Shown here: one piece after another, positions 1-8,345 of the stretch | Layout of the letters: every line of letters begins with the position of its first letter | Numbering within the stretch: the first letter of the stretch is position 1 | Origin: a virus | Taxonomy: Duplodnaviria; Caudoviricetes | Direction: 5' to 3' (one strand) | Length of the DNA stretch: 39,576 nt | Virus record (IMG/VR): IMGVR_UViG_3300025018_000274 | Span: 1 to 39,576 of that record | The notes under the pieces: generated by a model | Told to the model about the DNA's origin: nothing | Seen by the model: only the letters and a program-made list of their open reading frames with translations | Database searches by the model: none | Made by a program: the position numbers and the translations under genes

Positions 1-25
1 ATTTTCGCTTATGTTATTATAAGCG

Positions 26-84
26 GACAAATTTGTCGTTTGCCGAGACATATTAGAGATATTAGAGCGACAAATTTGTCGCTC
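26..84. repeat. Two copies of palindrome GACAAATTTGTC (26-37; 69-80, extended to perfect 20-bp GAGCGACAAATTTGTCGCTC at 65-84); operator-like
   Basis: Read directly; tandem ATATTAGAG x2 (50-67) lies between them; ends 5 bp before TTGACA at 90. Confidence 0.75.
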
Positions 85-89
85 CGCAC

Positions 90-117
90 TTGACATTTTT
101 GTGTTTTTAGTTATTAA
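90..117 (+). promoter_or_regulatory. Putative sigma70/sigmaA promoter for the operon containing the late sigma factor
   Basis: Perfect TTGACA 90-95; weak -10 TATTAA 112-117 (16-bp spacer). Confidence 0.4.
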
Positions 118-158
118 AACATATATACATAAGTATATGTTTTAATGGGAGGAACCTT

Positions 159-356
159 TTGCTTAAATCAAAAATAACTATTGACAGTGTTGAGTATGAA
201 ATTTTTCAAGCAGATAATGGAAGAGTAGAAATTTATAATACTAAAAAGCCTGTTGAGGGTTTTATGTTTTCTGATATCAAAAGATTTGTATTATTTATTA
301 ATAAGATAACTGATATCGGGGAAGAGCTTCTTGAGAGAAGTTTTAAGGAGAATTGA
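159..356 (+). CDS. Hypothetical protein
   Basis: TTG start preceded by GGGAGGA; stop overlaps next start (TGATG). Confidence 0.75.
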   Translation: MLKSKITIDSVEYEIFQADNGRVEIYNTKKPVEGFMFSDIKRFVLFINKITDIGEELLERSFKEN

Positions 357-934
357 TGAAATTAAAAGAATTCTTGAATACTACATTGTATGAAGAAGAA
401 AAAGAAAATAAGAAACAAGAAAAAATTCTTAAAAAAAATGAGTTTGCTTTAAAATTATTTTACAACTTTGATGTCTTTATGAAAAAGAATGTTGGAGAAG
501 ATGTAGATAATCAAAAAGAACAAATCCTAAAATCTTCTGGTAATGGCTTAGAAAGAGTTCCTGTTTCTAAATCTCTTAATATTCAAACAGCTGAAGAATT
601 GATAGATTTAATTGATGATCTAAAAATACTAGATGTTGGAGCAAATACAAAAATAAATCCTATCATTGAAATTTTAAAGGCTATTGTAGAAAATCCATTT
701 GATCCAGATGTTGCTCAAGTTTTAAGTAAGGATGACAAGATGATTGTAGATGTTGATTTTGGAGAAGAAAGAGATAGTTCTGTAGGATTTAAAGTAAATA
801 AAGTAAAAGGCGTAGAAGCTTTTTCTGTGATGATGAAAAAAAATGGTGCAATACTTCCTAATAAATTTCAAAAAGATATAATTGATAGACAACTTCTTTA
901 TTATAGAAACAGAGCTTCCGAGGAGATTAAATAG
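356..934 (+). CDS. Hypothetical protein, possible head-internal protein
   Basis: AAGGAG RBS before ATG 356; N-terminus MKLKEFLNTTLYEE resembles T4 capsid-targeting leaders. Confidence 0.7.
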   Translation: MKLKEFLNTTLYEEEKENKKQEKILKKNEFALKLFYNFDVFMKKNVGEDVDNQKEQILKSSGNGLERVPVSKSLNIQTAEELIDLIDDLKILDVGANTKINPIIEILKAIVENPFDPDVAQVLSKDDKMIVDVDFGEERDSSVGFKVNKVKGVEAFSVMMKKNGAILPNKFQKDIIDRQLLYYRNRASEEIK

Positions 935-1593
935 TGGCTAATAACTATTTCGATGAAGAGAAGTTTCTTGAGATGTTGTTTGAGTTTCAGAGGACTGCTG
1001 TTACAAAAGTAAATTCTGAAGGTAAGACAATTACTATAATTAAAAATGAGTATCTTGAAGGAAAAATAACAGAAGAAGTTTCTAAGATAGTTAAAGCTAT
1101 TATTCAAGTATATCGCTATTATGTTTTTGAGCCATATGAAGATTGCTTCCAACACGGAATGGAAGCTTGTTTTAAAAACTATTTAAAATTTAATCCTGAA
1201 AAAGGGACAGCATTTAATTACTTTTCTTGGATAGCAAAAACTTCTATTCTCAACTATACAGATAGAAAGAAGAGACATAGAAACCATGCAGATATAGAAG
1301 AATTAACAACACATTACTACGAAGATGCACAAAACTTTGATTTCTTTTTAGAAAATCTTGAAGATGTTTTATTTAGAGTTATTGATGAAAACTTCTTAGG
1401 TAAAAAAAGAAAAAAGTATCTTAAAATAGCAACTGTTATTTTAGAGTATATTGAAACAACAAGAAAGCTTGTTAGTAAAACTGATATGTATAAATCTGCA
1501 AAATCTTGGGGAATATCTTCTTCAGAGATAAGATCCTATATAGCGGATATGTCTCCATTTATAGAAGAAATTTATGCAACAGCAGGGAATTAA
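934..1593 (+). CDS. gp55: Late-transcription sigma factor, T4 gp55-like
   Basis: GTG start with GAGGAG RBS; EDCFQHGMEACFKNYLKFNPEKGTAFNYFSWIAKTSILNY fits the sigma region 2 / gp55 pattern (C..Y..NF.PEK...F.YF..I); no region 4 recognised. Confidence 0.75.
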   Translation: MANNYFDEEKFLEMLFEFQRTAVTKVNSEGKTITIIKNEYLEGKITEEVSKIVKAIIQVYRYYVFEPYEDCFQHGMEACFKNYLKFNPEKGTAFNYFSWIAKTSILNYTDRKKRHRNHADIEELTTHYYEDAQNFDFFLENLEDVLFRVIDENFLGKKRKKYLKIATVILEYIETTRKLVSKTDMYKSAKSWGISSSEIRSYIADMSPFIEEIYATAGN

Positions 1594-1790
1594 TGGAATA
1601 TAATTATAGGCAAAGAAAATACTATGAGAGTAAAAGAAAGTGTCCAAAGTGTGGGTCAAGCGACTTTGCTGAAACTCAAATTGAGTTTATAAAAGATGAT
1701 GAAAAGAATGCCAGATTTTTTGATAAGAAGAATAAAACTTTTTGTAGAATTTGCGGATGGTCTGGTGTAATAGACGAATTAAAGAGTTGA
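1593..1790 (+). CDS. Small zinc-ribbon protein
   Basis: Start reassigned to ATG 1593 (TAATG coupling to sigma stop); CPKC...CRIC. Confidence 0.75.
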   Translation: MEYNYRQRKYYESKRKCPKCGSSDFAETQIEFIKDDEKNARFFDKKNKTFCRICGWSGVIDELKS

Positions 1791-1876
1791 CAAAAAATTT
1801 TTAAGAGAAGAGAATAAAACAATGGTTATTCTTGTAGTTTTATTCTTTATAATACCTGAGATTTTTCACTTCTCTT

Positions 1877-2302
1877 ATGAGGAAAAGTATGACAGAAGAA
1901 CAATTGAATTATTTCTTAGAGGAAGAGGAAGGGAGTGGTAAATTAATGGAGGAAGAAAACTCCAGAGAATTACAGCAAGCGCCAGACTTAACTGATGTAG
2001 AAGAAATTTCAGAATCTCTTTTTAAAATGGTTTCTGAAGATAGACAATTAGCAGATAAAACTTTTGAATTGTTTTACTTCCCAATAGCAGAAGGGAAAGA
2101 TCATACTCAAGCATCTAAGGAATCTCTTATGAGAGCAGTAGAGCTTAAGATAGAATCTTCTAAGAATGTATTAAAAATGTTTGAAATAGTTTCAAAGAAA
2201 AATCAGGCTGGGACTAACATTAACTTTAATGGATTTATTCCTCCTAAAAAAGTTGGAATAAACATAGACAACATAATAGAACATATAAAAGAAGATAATT
2301 AA
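1877..2302 (+). CDS. Hypothetical helical protein; possible terminase small subunit (gp16-like)
   Basis: ORF clear but start uncertain (1877/1889/1946); acidic N-terminus, two long helices and a C-terminal TNINFNGF strand loosely resemble T4 gp16 architecture; function speculative. Confidence 0.4.
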   Translation: MRKSMTEEQLNYFLEEEEGSGKLMEEENSRELQQAPDLTDVEEISESLFKMVSEDRQLADKTFELFYFPIAEGKDHTQASKESLMRAVELKIESSKNVLKMFEIVSKKNQAGTNINFNGFIPPKKVGINIDNIIEHIKEDN

Positions 2303-2326
2303 AAAAGGCGCACATAAGTGCGCCTT
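2301..2326. terminator. Intrinsic terminator between convergent genes
   Basis: AAGGCGCAC-ATAA-GTGCGCCTT stem-loop; the A-run on the left gives a U-tract on the minus strand. Confidence 0.8.
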
Positions 2327-2329
2327 AAA

Positions 2330-2518
2330 TTAATCTTCGCTGTCGACCATTATCTGGTCTTCTTGAATTCCTGCTTCTAGTTCTTTTTCGATATTAGAAA
2401 TATTAAGTTCTTCTTTGCTTTCTACTACTTGCTTCTTCTTTTCTTTTACTGCTTGCTTTTCTGCAGGCTTTTGAGCATTAGCTCTTGCTTTCATACTATT
2501 TCTCATTGCTAAATTCAT
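2330..2518 (-). CDS. Hypothetical protein
   Basis: 62-aa ORF with GAGGAG RBS, 4 nt downstream of the preceding minus-strand gene. Confidence 0.7.
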   Translation of the reverse strand: MNLAMRNSMKARANAQKPAEKQAVKEKKKQVVESKEELNISNIEKELEAGIQEDQIMVDSED

Positions 2519-2522
2519 ATAT

Positions 2523-2792
2523 TTATTTCTCCTCTTTTTCTAGTTCTTCTAGCTTTTTTCTTACTGCTTCTAGTTGTGTTTTAGCTATTCCAGATAGTCT
2601 TTTTCTTTCAGAAGCAGATATTTTTCTATCTTGATAATACATAGGCATATTATCTTTCTTTACACAAAAAACTCTATCAATTGCTTCCATTAAACTAGCA
2701 AAAGAAAAAAGTATATCTCCTTCTGACCTTAGTTGCTGTGCGTCTTCATTAAGTTCTGCGTTTATAAGAATTTTTTTAAGATCTTTTTTCAT
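2523..2792 (-). CDS. Hypothetical protein, possible head-internal protein
   Basis: AAGGAG RBS, late motif upstream, leader MKKDLKKILINAELNE. Confidence 0.75.
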   Translation of the reverse strand: MKKDLKKILINAELNEDAQQLRSEGDILFSFASLMEAIDRVFCVKKDNMPMYYQDRKISASERKRLSGIAKTQLEAVRKKLEELEKEEK

Positions 2793-2810
2793 AATTAACT
2801 CCTTGCTGTA

Positions 2811-2820
2811 TTATCTTTAC
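2811..2820 (-). promoter_or_regulatory. Putative phage late promoter GTAAAGATAA
   Basis: Shared motif, 18 nt upstream of ATG 2792. Confidence 0.65.
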
Positions 2821-2866
2821 TTTTACTTATTTTAAGAAATAACAGTAGTAAATGTTTTAGAAAAAA

Positions 2867-2876
2867 GTAAAGTTAA
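2867..2876 (+). promoter_or_regulatory. Putative phage late promoter GTAAAGTTAA
   Basis: Shared motif, 36 nt upstream of ATG 2913. Confidence 0.65.
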
Positions 2877-2912
2877 AATTATAATTATTAAACTAATTTT
2901 GCAGGAACAACA

Positions 2913-5084
2913 ATGAAAAAAATAGAAGAAAGCATTTCACTAATAGCAAAAGAATTGCTTTTAAACGAATCTGGTATTAGAATTCCAAAAGGAACAAAAG
3001 CTGCAAGAGTTTTATTCCATGTCGATTTAGATGGATTAATGTCTGCAATTATTACCAAAGAGCAATTAAAGAAGCAAGGCATTCCTGAAAGAAACATTGC
3101 TTTTCAAGGCGTCCAATACGGAGACGATGAAATGGAAATGATGAGTAAGCAAAATGTTTCCAGAGGGCAAATGCTTGCAGTAGTAGATTTTGGAAAAGTT
3201 TCTCCTCAAGGAACACAGCCTGATTTTGCTTCAGATCACCATGAGATTGAAGGGGATATGGTAAAAGGCAGATCTGGTTCTATAGGAAAGACAGAGTTCA
3301 AATCAGATTTTGAACATCTTGCAACTTCCCATGCACAAGGCTTAGCAGATCCTCAAACAATAAAACATATGTCTATGGTTGATAGTGCAAGTTTTACTTC
3401 TATTCAAGATGTTATAGAGAATACTAAAAAGTTTAAAGAGAAAGGAAGATTTGAAAGATTAGCTAATATCACTAATACTCTTGTTTCCCAGCTTTTAAAA
3501 TCTAATAGAGCAGCTGCCTATGCTTTAATAAAAGAAGCAAAACCATCTCTTATTAATGTGTATAGTCTTGCGTTAAAGCACTCAAAATTAAACAATATTG
3601 TAAGAGATGCTCTAGATGAATTATCTAAACCAAATCCAGACTGGAAAAAGATAGATGAAATTAGAAATAAACTTCCTGCTGAGTATAAAACACAAGTTTC
3701 TAAAGATAATAAATCAAAAATAAAAAATTTAAATACAGTAGAACAATGGCAACAAAAAGCTATAAAAGATTTAGCAAGAGCTCTTACTGGTTATGTTACA
3801 AAGAAAGAAAAGAAAACTCTTGAAGAGCTTGAGGGAAAAATTTCTGGAGCAGAAGATCCAGAAGAAACAAAGAAAGCTATAGCTAAATTGAGAGAGTTTT
3901 TAAGAAATACAGTTTATCAAAACGATAAAGAAACTTATAATAAAGTTACAAAAAGTTTGGATGAAATAAAATCAAAAAACGATTATGAGGCAATAGGTTC
4001 TGAGATAGATAAGTTGTCTAAAAAGCAAGGAACTTTTCACGCAGTAAATAATAAAGTTATGAGGCAAGATGCTTCTTTTGCAACAATGAGTAAGGGATAC
4101 CCTTCTCGATATTTGGGATCTGCCATAACAGATAAATCTGGAAAAAGATGGCCATTCTTAATTAAAAGATTTGATACTATGATACAAGTTTCTGCCAATC
4201 CAGATATAAAACAAGAAGACAAAGAAAAAATAGATTTAGTGTCAGATATGAATGGAATACTTCAAAAGGTTAAGGAAGAAATGGGAAGAAAGTTCCCAGA
4301 TTGGTCATTTGATGTTGTTAAGAAAGAATCAGGTGGTCATAAAACTATTACTAATATTTCAGCTCTTGGAACAGTTGGCCTTATGCCAAAGAAGGACAGA
4401 GAAAGACTGAAAGAGCTTCAGAGTATAGAAAGAAGAATTAAAGATTTAAAAACTTCAAAGAAAAAAATGGAAGACATAACTCCAGAGAAGCATAAAGAAC
4501 TTAAAATTTTAATGTCTAAAAGAAAGAAAGCTTCTGAGGATAGAGAAGAAGTTATGAATGAAATAGAAAAGAATTTCTATAAAGTTCTAAGAGAAAAATA
4601 TAAAGATATTGTAGTAGATAAAAAAATAGATCCTAAATATACATCAAAAGAGCATACTATGAAAGAAAATATAAGTGCTTCAACAAATATTATTTCTGAG
4701 AAGATACTCGGAGAATCTTTAAAGGGGATTAATAAAGCCGCAAGAAAAGAATACATTAATTCTAGTGATCCAAAAAAATCTTTAAAGGATTTTGTAAGAC
4801 AAGAGAAAGGCATGGCTAGCTTTGGTGCTAGAAAAATTGTTCTAGTAAAAGATGAAAGCGCAAAAAATAAATATTTAAATAGTGATAAAAATAAAGAAAA
4901 AGATATAAAGCTTACTCAAAAGTATTTTGAAACAAATAAGTCATTTAGAGATATTGCAATAAGAGAATTTGGCCCAGGAGCTATTAAAGAGCTTATGTCT
5001 GTTTCTAATTGGTATTATTTCCCAAAAGCTAAGGCTATTTTTAATGGACCAGAATATGAAAAATATATGCAAAGCGAAGAATAA
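2913..5084 (+). CDS. DHH/DHHA1-family phosphoesterase with coiled-coil inserts, likely virion-associated
   Basis: Motifs FHVDLDG, VVDFG, SDHHE, MVDS and DHHA1-type SGGH; leader ending LLLNE. Confidence 0.75.
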   Translation: MKKIEESISLIAKELLLNESGIRIPKGTKAARVLFHVDLDGLMSAIITKEQLKKQGIPERNIAFQGVQYGDDEMEMMSKQNVSRGQMLAVVDFGKVSPQGTQPDFASDHHEIEGDMVKGRSGSIGKTEFKSDFEHLATSHAQGLADPQTIKHMSMVDSASFTSIQDVIENTKKFKEKGRFERLANITNTLVSQLLKSNRAAAYALIKEAKPSLINVYSLALKHSKLNNIVRDALDELSKPNPDWKKIDEIRNKLPAEYKTQVSKDNKSKIKNLNTVEQWQQKAIKDLARALTGYVTKKEKKTLEELEGKISGAEDPEETKKAIAKLREFLRNTVYQNDKETYNKVTKSLDEIKSKNDYEAIGSEIDKLSKKQGTFHAVNNKVMRQDASFATMSKGYPSRYLGSAITDKSGKRWPFLIKRFDTMIQVSANPDIKQEDKEKIDLVSDMNGILQKVKEEMGRKFPDWSFDVVKKESGGHKTITNISALGTVGLMPKKDRERLKELQSIERRIKDLKTSKKKMEDITPEKHKELKILMSKRKKASEDREEVMNEIEKNFYKVLREKYKDIVVDKKIDPKYTSKEHTMKENISASTNIISEKILGESLKGINKAARKEYINSSDPKKSLKDFVRQEKGMASFGARKIVLVKDESAKNKYLNSDKNKEKDIKLTQKYFETNKSFRDIAIREFGPGAIKELMSVSNWYYFPKAKAIFNGPEYEKYMQSEE

Positions 5085-5095
5085 GGAATAAAAAA

Positions 5096-5872
5096 ATGAA
5101 CAAACTATTAGAAGAAATAAAAAGCCACGGAGTTTTAGAAGAAGATGTTGTATATTTATCTGAAGGAATAGTTTTCTTCAAAAATAGTTCTAAGCTTAAA
5201 GCTCTATATAAGACAATGAATAGAAAAGTTGAAAAACTAAAAGTAAAAGGAAAATATACAGAAGAGATAAAGACAATTTCTGAACTTATGGAAAAAATAC
5301 AGGAAATAGTTGGAAAATTCGAATCTGTTGAAGATAAATATAAATCAGAAAAAACAAAAGAACAAAAAGAAGCTATTAAACAAGAATATAAAAATCTTGA
5401 AAAAGATTTTAATGATTTGCTTGCTATAGCTAAACAAGAAAGAAATAAGAAAATTTTGTTAGCAGTAGGTCTTATTGGAATAGTTGTTGCAATTTTGCTT
5501 ATTGGAGCAATAGGTCTTTCTTATCTTGAACAGGCTGGCTCTACTTTAACATTAGCTGGAACCAATATAAAGTCAAGAGTTGAGAAAATGAGTATGTTAA
5601 AAGATATTCAGGGAATGTCTATAGCTAACGATCCAGCTCTAAATAGTGCAGCTAAGAATGTAGCTGGTGCGGTTGGCGGAGCTTATTATGATACTCTTAT
5701 AAAGCAAACAAACAATGCTTTATTTCAGACAGCTATGGCTGGCGGAGCTACTGTAGCCAGTGTTGCAACGGCTGGAATTATAAGTGATATAAAAGAAAAG
5801 AAAATAGAAAACAAATCAATGATAGATACTCTTCAATTTGTAGAAAAATTGAAGAAGGAAGAGAAACAATAA
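5096..5872 (+). CDS. Membrane-anchored protein, EG(L/I)VFFK paralog 1
   Basis: LSEGIVFFKNSSKL, coiled coil, strong TM helix ILLAVGLIGIVVAILLIGAIGLSYL. Confidence 0.8.
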   Translation: MNKLLEEIKSHGVLEEDVVYLSEGIVFFKNSSKLKALYKTMNRKVEKLKVKGKYTEEIKTISELMEKIQEIVGKFESVEDKYKSEKTKEQKEAIKQEYKNLEKDFNDLLAIAKQERNKKILLAVGLIGIVVAILLIGAIGLSYLEQAGSTLTLAGTNIKSRVEKMSMLKDIQGMSIANDPALNSAAKNVAGAVGGAYYDTLIKQTNNALFQTAMAGGATVASVATAGIISDIKEKKIENKSMIDTLQFVEKLKKEEKQ

Positions 5873-5887
5873 AATAGGATTTTTTAA

Positions 5888-6544
5888 ATGAATAAAATGT
5901 TAAATGAAATTAGAGAATACTCTGGAGTAAAACAAATAAACGAAGGACTTGTTTTTTTTAAAGATAGTAAGAGAATAAGAAAATATATAGATAAAATTTC
6001 TAAAAAAAACGATGGTAGTTTAGATGATTTATTAGAAAAACTTAAAGAGACATCCGATAACTTTGAGGAAGCGGAGAAACTATATTCTTCTGGAAAAAAA
6101 GAGAAAGCAAAACAACTTCACGAACAATTAAAAAGACAAAATCAAAATTTAATAAAAATATTAAATAAAGAAAGTGTTAAAAGTTCTTTAATAAAAGCTG
6201 GGGTTGTAGCTTTAGTATTTGATTTAATTTTAAAAATGACTATTGGAAGAGGAATATTTTCTCTCTTATTTTCTGGAAATAGTCAGGGAGCCGTAGTAGC
6301 TACAGCAACTACTGTAGATCCAAATTCACTAGAATCACTTAGAAGTGAATTAACAAATTCCACTAGAGATTTGCAGCAACAGCTTAGACAAAATCAAGCA
6401 CAATTAAATAATATAACAAACTATGAAAAAGCCCTAGGTAATATTGAGGCACAGCAAAGAAATGCTCAAAGATTAGCTGAAAGAGCTGCGAGAGAATTAG
6501 AAAGAGCTCAGGCAAGAGCTGCAGCTGCAGCGTCTAGATTATAA
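5888..6544 (+). CDS. Membrane-anchored protein, EG(L/I)VFFK paralog 2
   Basis: INEGLVFFKDSKRI, coiled coil, hydrophobic AGVVALVFDLILKMTIGRGIFSLLF, Q/A-rich coiled-coil tail. Confidence 0.8.
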   Translation: MNKMLNEIREYSGVKQINEGLVFFKDSKRIRKYIDKISKKNDGSLDDLLEKLKETSDNFEEAEKLYSSGKKEKAKQLHEQLKRQNQNLIKILNKESVKSSLIKAGVVALVFDLILKMTIGRGIFSLLFSGNSQGAVVATATTVDPNSLESLRSELTNSTRDLQQQLRQNQAQLNNITNYEKALGNIEAQQRNAQRLAERAARELERAQARAAAAASRL

Positions 6545-6569
6545 TTAAATATGCTATGGGGTTAAAAAA

Positions 6570-7694
6570 ATGAACTTAAAAGAATATTTAAGAGAGGTTG
6601 TCCATTCTGGAAGAAGGGGAACTTTAGAAACAAAATTAAGAGATGAAATAATAACCAAGAAAGATTCTAAAGAAATTTCTGGTTCACCAGATAAAACTGC
6701 AACAAAAATAAAAAAAGTTATAGATAGAGCCGAAAGTCTAGAAAAAAAGCAGAAAGCAGAAAAATATAAAAGAGCCGTTGAGCTTTCTAACGATGTTTCT
6801 CTTAGTTCTGAGTTTGATAAAAAAGTAAGAACAATAGCTGCTAATAAACAAATTTGGATGGGTGCAGAAAAAGAGGCAGCTAAAATCGGACTTGGAAAAC
6901 AAACTGGTGGTCGTTCAAAAAATCCAATAGATGCGCTAGTTATGTCTACAGAACAGTTTGAAAAATTTAAAGTTGTATTTTCTAAATTAATATTTAAAAA
7001 TAGAAACGAACTTTCAAGTATTTTTAATAAATATAATATAAAAATAAATGAAAATTTTATTTTAGAAAACTCTAATACACCATTACTACCAGCTCCAAAT
7101 AAAGAAGTTACTGAAACAAAAATTAGACAAATGAATAAAACCGACTTTGTTAATTTTTTAGAAAAAATAATGAACGATAAAGAAATTCCTAATGAAGAAA
7201 AAAATAAATTTAAATCATTAAATATTGAAGCTAAAGAAAATAAAGATATAACTAAAATGCAATATGAAATAGTTCAACAAAAAGCAACTGTTTTAGATCC
7301 ACACAAAAAAGGACAAAAGTTATTTTCTAGCGTAAAAATTTCAAGTAATCACGACCTTGAGGAAAGATTGAAAGCAATAAAAAAAGAACTTGGAAGACCT
7401 CAAAGAAAAGATGCTTTATATAGAATTTCTAGTGGTTATAGTGGTAAAACTATTAATTTTAAATTCTTAAACACTATAAACATAGAATCAATTAAATTAG
7501 ATAAAAATAACGTATTTTACAATGATCAAAAAATAGGTTTTATAGATGGAAATACTTTTGTGATAAATATTGATAATGCTATAGGAGCAAGATTAATAAC
7601 AATGGTTAATTATTATGGTGGAGGTAAAGACGAAGAGGGAAATACTATAGAAACTGAGGAAGTAGCTAAAGGAAGTTTAGATGTTAAATACTAA
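6570..7694 (+). CDS. Hypothetical protein, possible head-internal protein
   Basis: 374-aa Lys-rich ORF; leader MNLKEYLRE. Confidence 0.75.
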   Translation: MNLKEYLREVVHSGRRGTLETKLRDEIITKKDSKEISGSPDKTATKIKKVIDRAESLEKKQKAEKYKRAVELSNDVSLSSEFDKKVRTIAANKQIWMGAEKEAAKIGLGKQTGGRSKNPIDALVMSTEQFEKFKVVFSKLIFKNRNELSSIFNKYNIKINENFILENSNTPLLPAPNKEVTETKIRQMNKTDFVNFLEKIMNDKEIPNEEKNKFKSLNIEAKENKDITKMQYEIVQQKATVLDPHKKGQKLFSSVKISSNHDLEERLKAIKKELGRPQRKDALYRISSGYSGKTINFKFLNTINIESIKLDKNNVFYNDQKIGFIDGNTFVINIDNAIGARLITMVNYYGGGKDEEGNTIETEEVAKGSLDVKY

Positions 7695-7965
7695 AGACTT
7701 CAAACAACTTGTAAAAGATAGATTAGAAATTCATCAAATAGATGAAAGCATAAAAAAGCCAACCTCTGAACATAAATCTACATGGAGATCTAAAGGTAGA
7801 AAAGGCAAACTCTACTTTGTTGTAATGGGAGAAAAAGGTAAGGTTCTTGGTTATATAGACAGCGATTATCTTAATAAGCATAAAAAGAAAGATGGTAAAA
7901 AAATGAAACCAATGGATGCAGCTAAAATGCGTCTTAGACAAATAGAGTATTTTAAGAAAAATTAA
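7681..7965 (+). CDS. Small basic hypothetical protein
   Basis: AAGGAAG RBS; very basic; ends AKMRLRQIEYFKKN; IDE near the N-terminus. Confidence 0.75.
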   Translation: MLNTKDFKQLVKDRLEIHQIDESIKKPTSEHKSTWRSKGRKGKLYFVVMGEKGKVLGYIDSDYLNKHKKKDGKKMKPMDAAKMRLRQIEYFKKN

Positions 7966-7974
7966 AATAGTTGT

Positions 7975-7993
7975 CGCAGGTGCTTGCGTTTTT
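7975..7993 (+). terminator. Weak intrinsic terminator
   Basis: CGCAG-GTGC-TTGCG followed by TTTTT. Confidence 0.35.
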
Positions 7994-8031
7994 GTTACTT
8001 TTTTATGAAATTTTTTTCGGAGAAAACATAT

Positions 8032-8343
8032 ATGAAATTTAGAAAGTATTTAACAGAGCTAACCGCTGAGCTTGGTGTCGGAATAGAAAATAAACCTATT
8101 GTTAGGTATTTTTTACCTAATAACGCAAAACCCCATAGGTTTGAAGAGCTGCCAGAAGGACTTTCTAAAAAAGTTTATAAGAAATTTCTTGAAATTCTTA
8201 AAACAAAAGATCCTCTTACTTTTAAAATGCTTACCAGCGGTAAGTATGATCCATCTGAAATGGATATAACCATTAGAGGAGACAAGATAATTGTTAAAAT
8301 GGAAGATGGCGGAGAAAAATCTTACAATATTCCAGAAGTGTAA
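8032..8343 (+). CDS. Hypothetical protein, possible head-internal protein
   Basis: Start moved to ATG 8032 (GGAG RBS); leader MKFRKYLTE. Confidence 0.75.
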   Translation: MKFRKYLTELTAELGVGIENKPIVRYFLPNNAKPHRFEELPEGLSKKVYKKFLEILKTKDPLTFKMLTSGKYDPSEMDITIRGDKIIVKMEDGGEKSYNIPEV

Positions 8344-8345
8344 TA

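Noticed and set aside
1506-1592. N-terminal extension of the Zn-ribbon ORF, and similar extensions at 7984, 21425, 32777 and 37343
   Set aside because: Downstream ATGs have proper RBS or translational coupling
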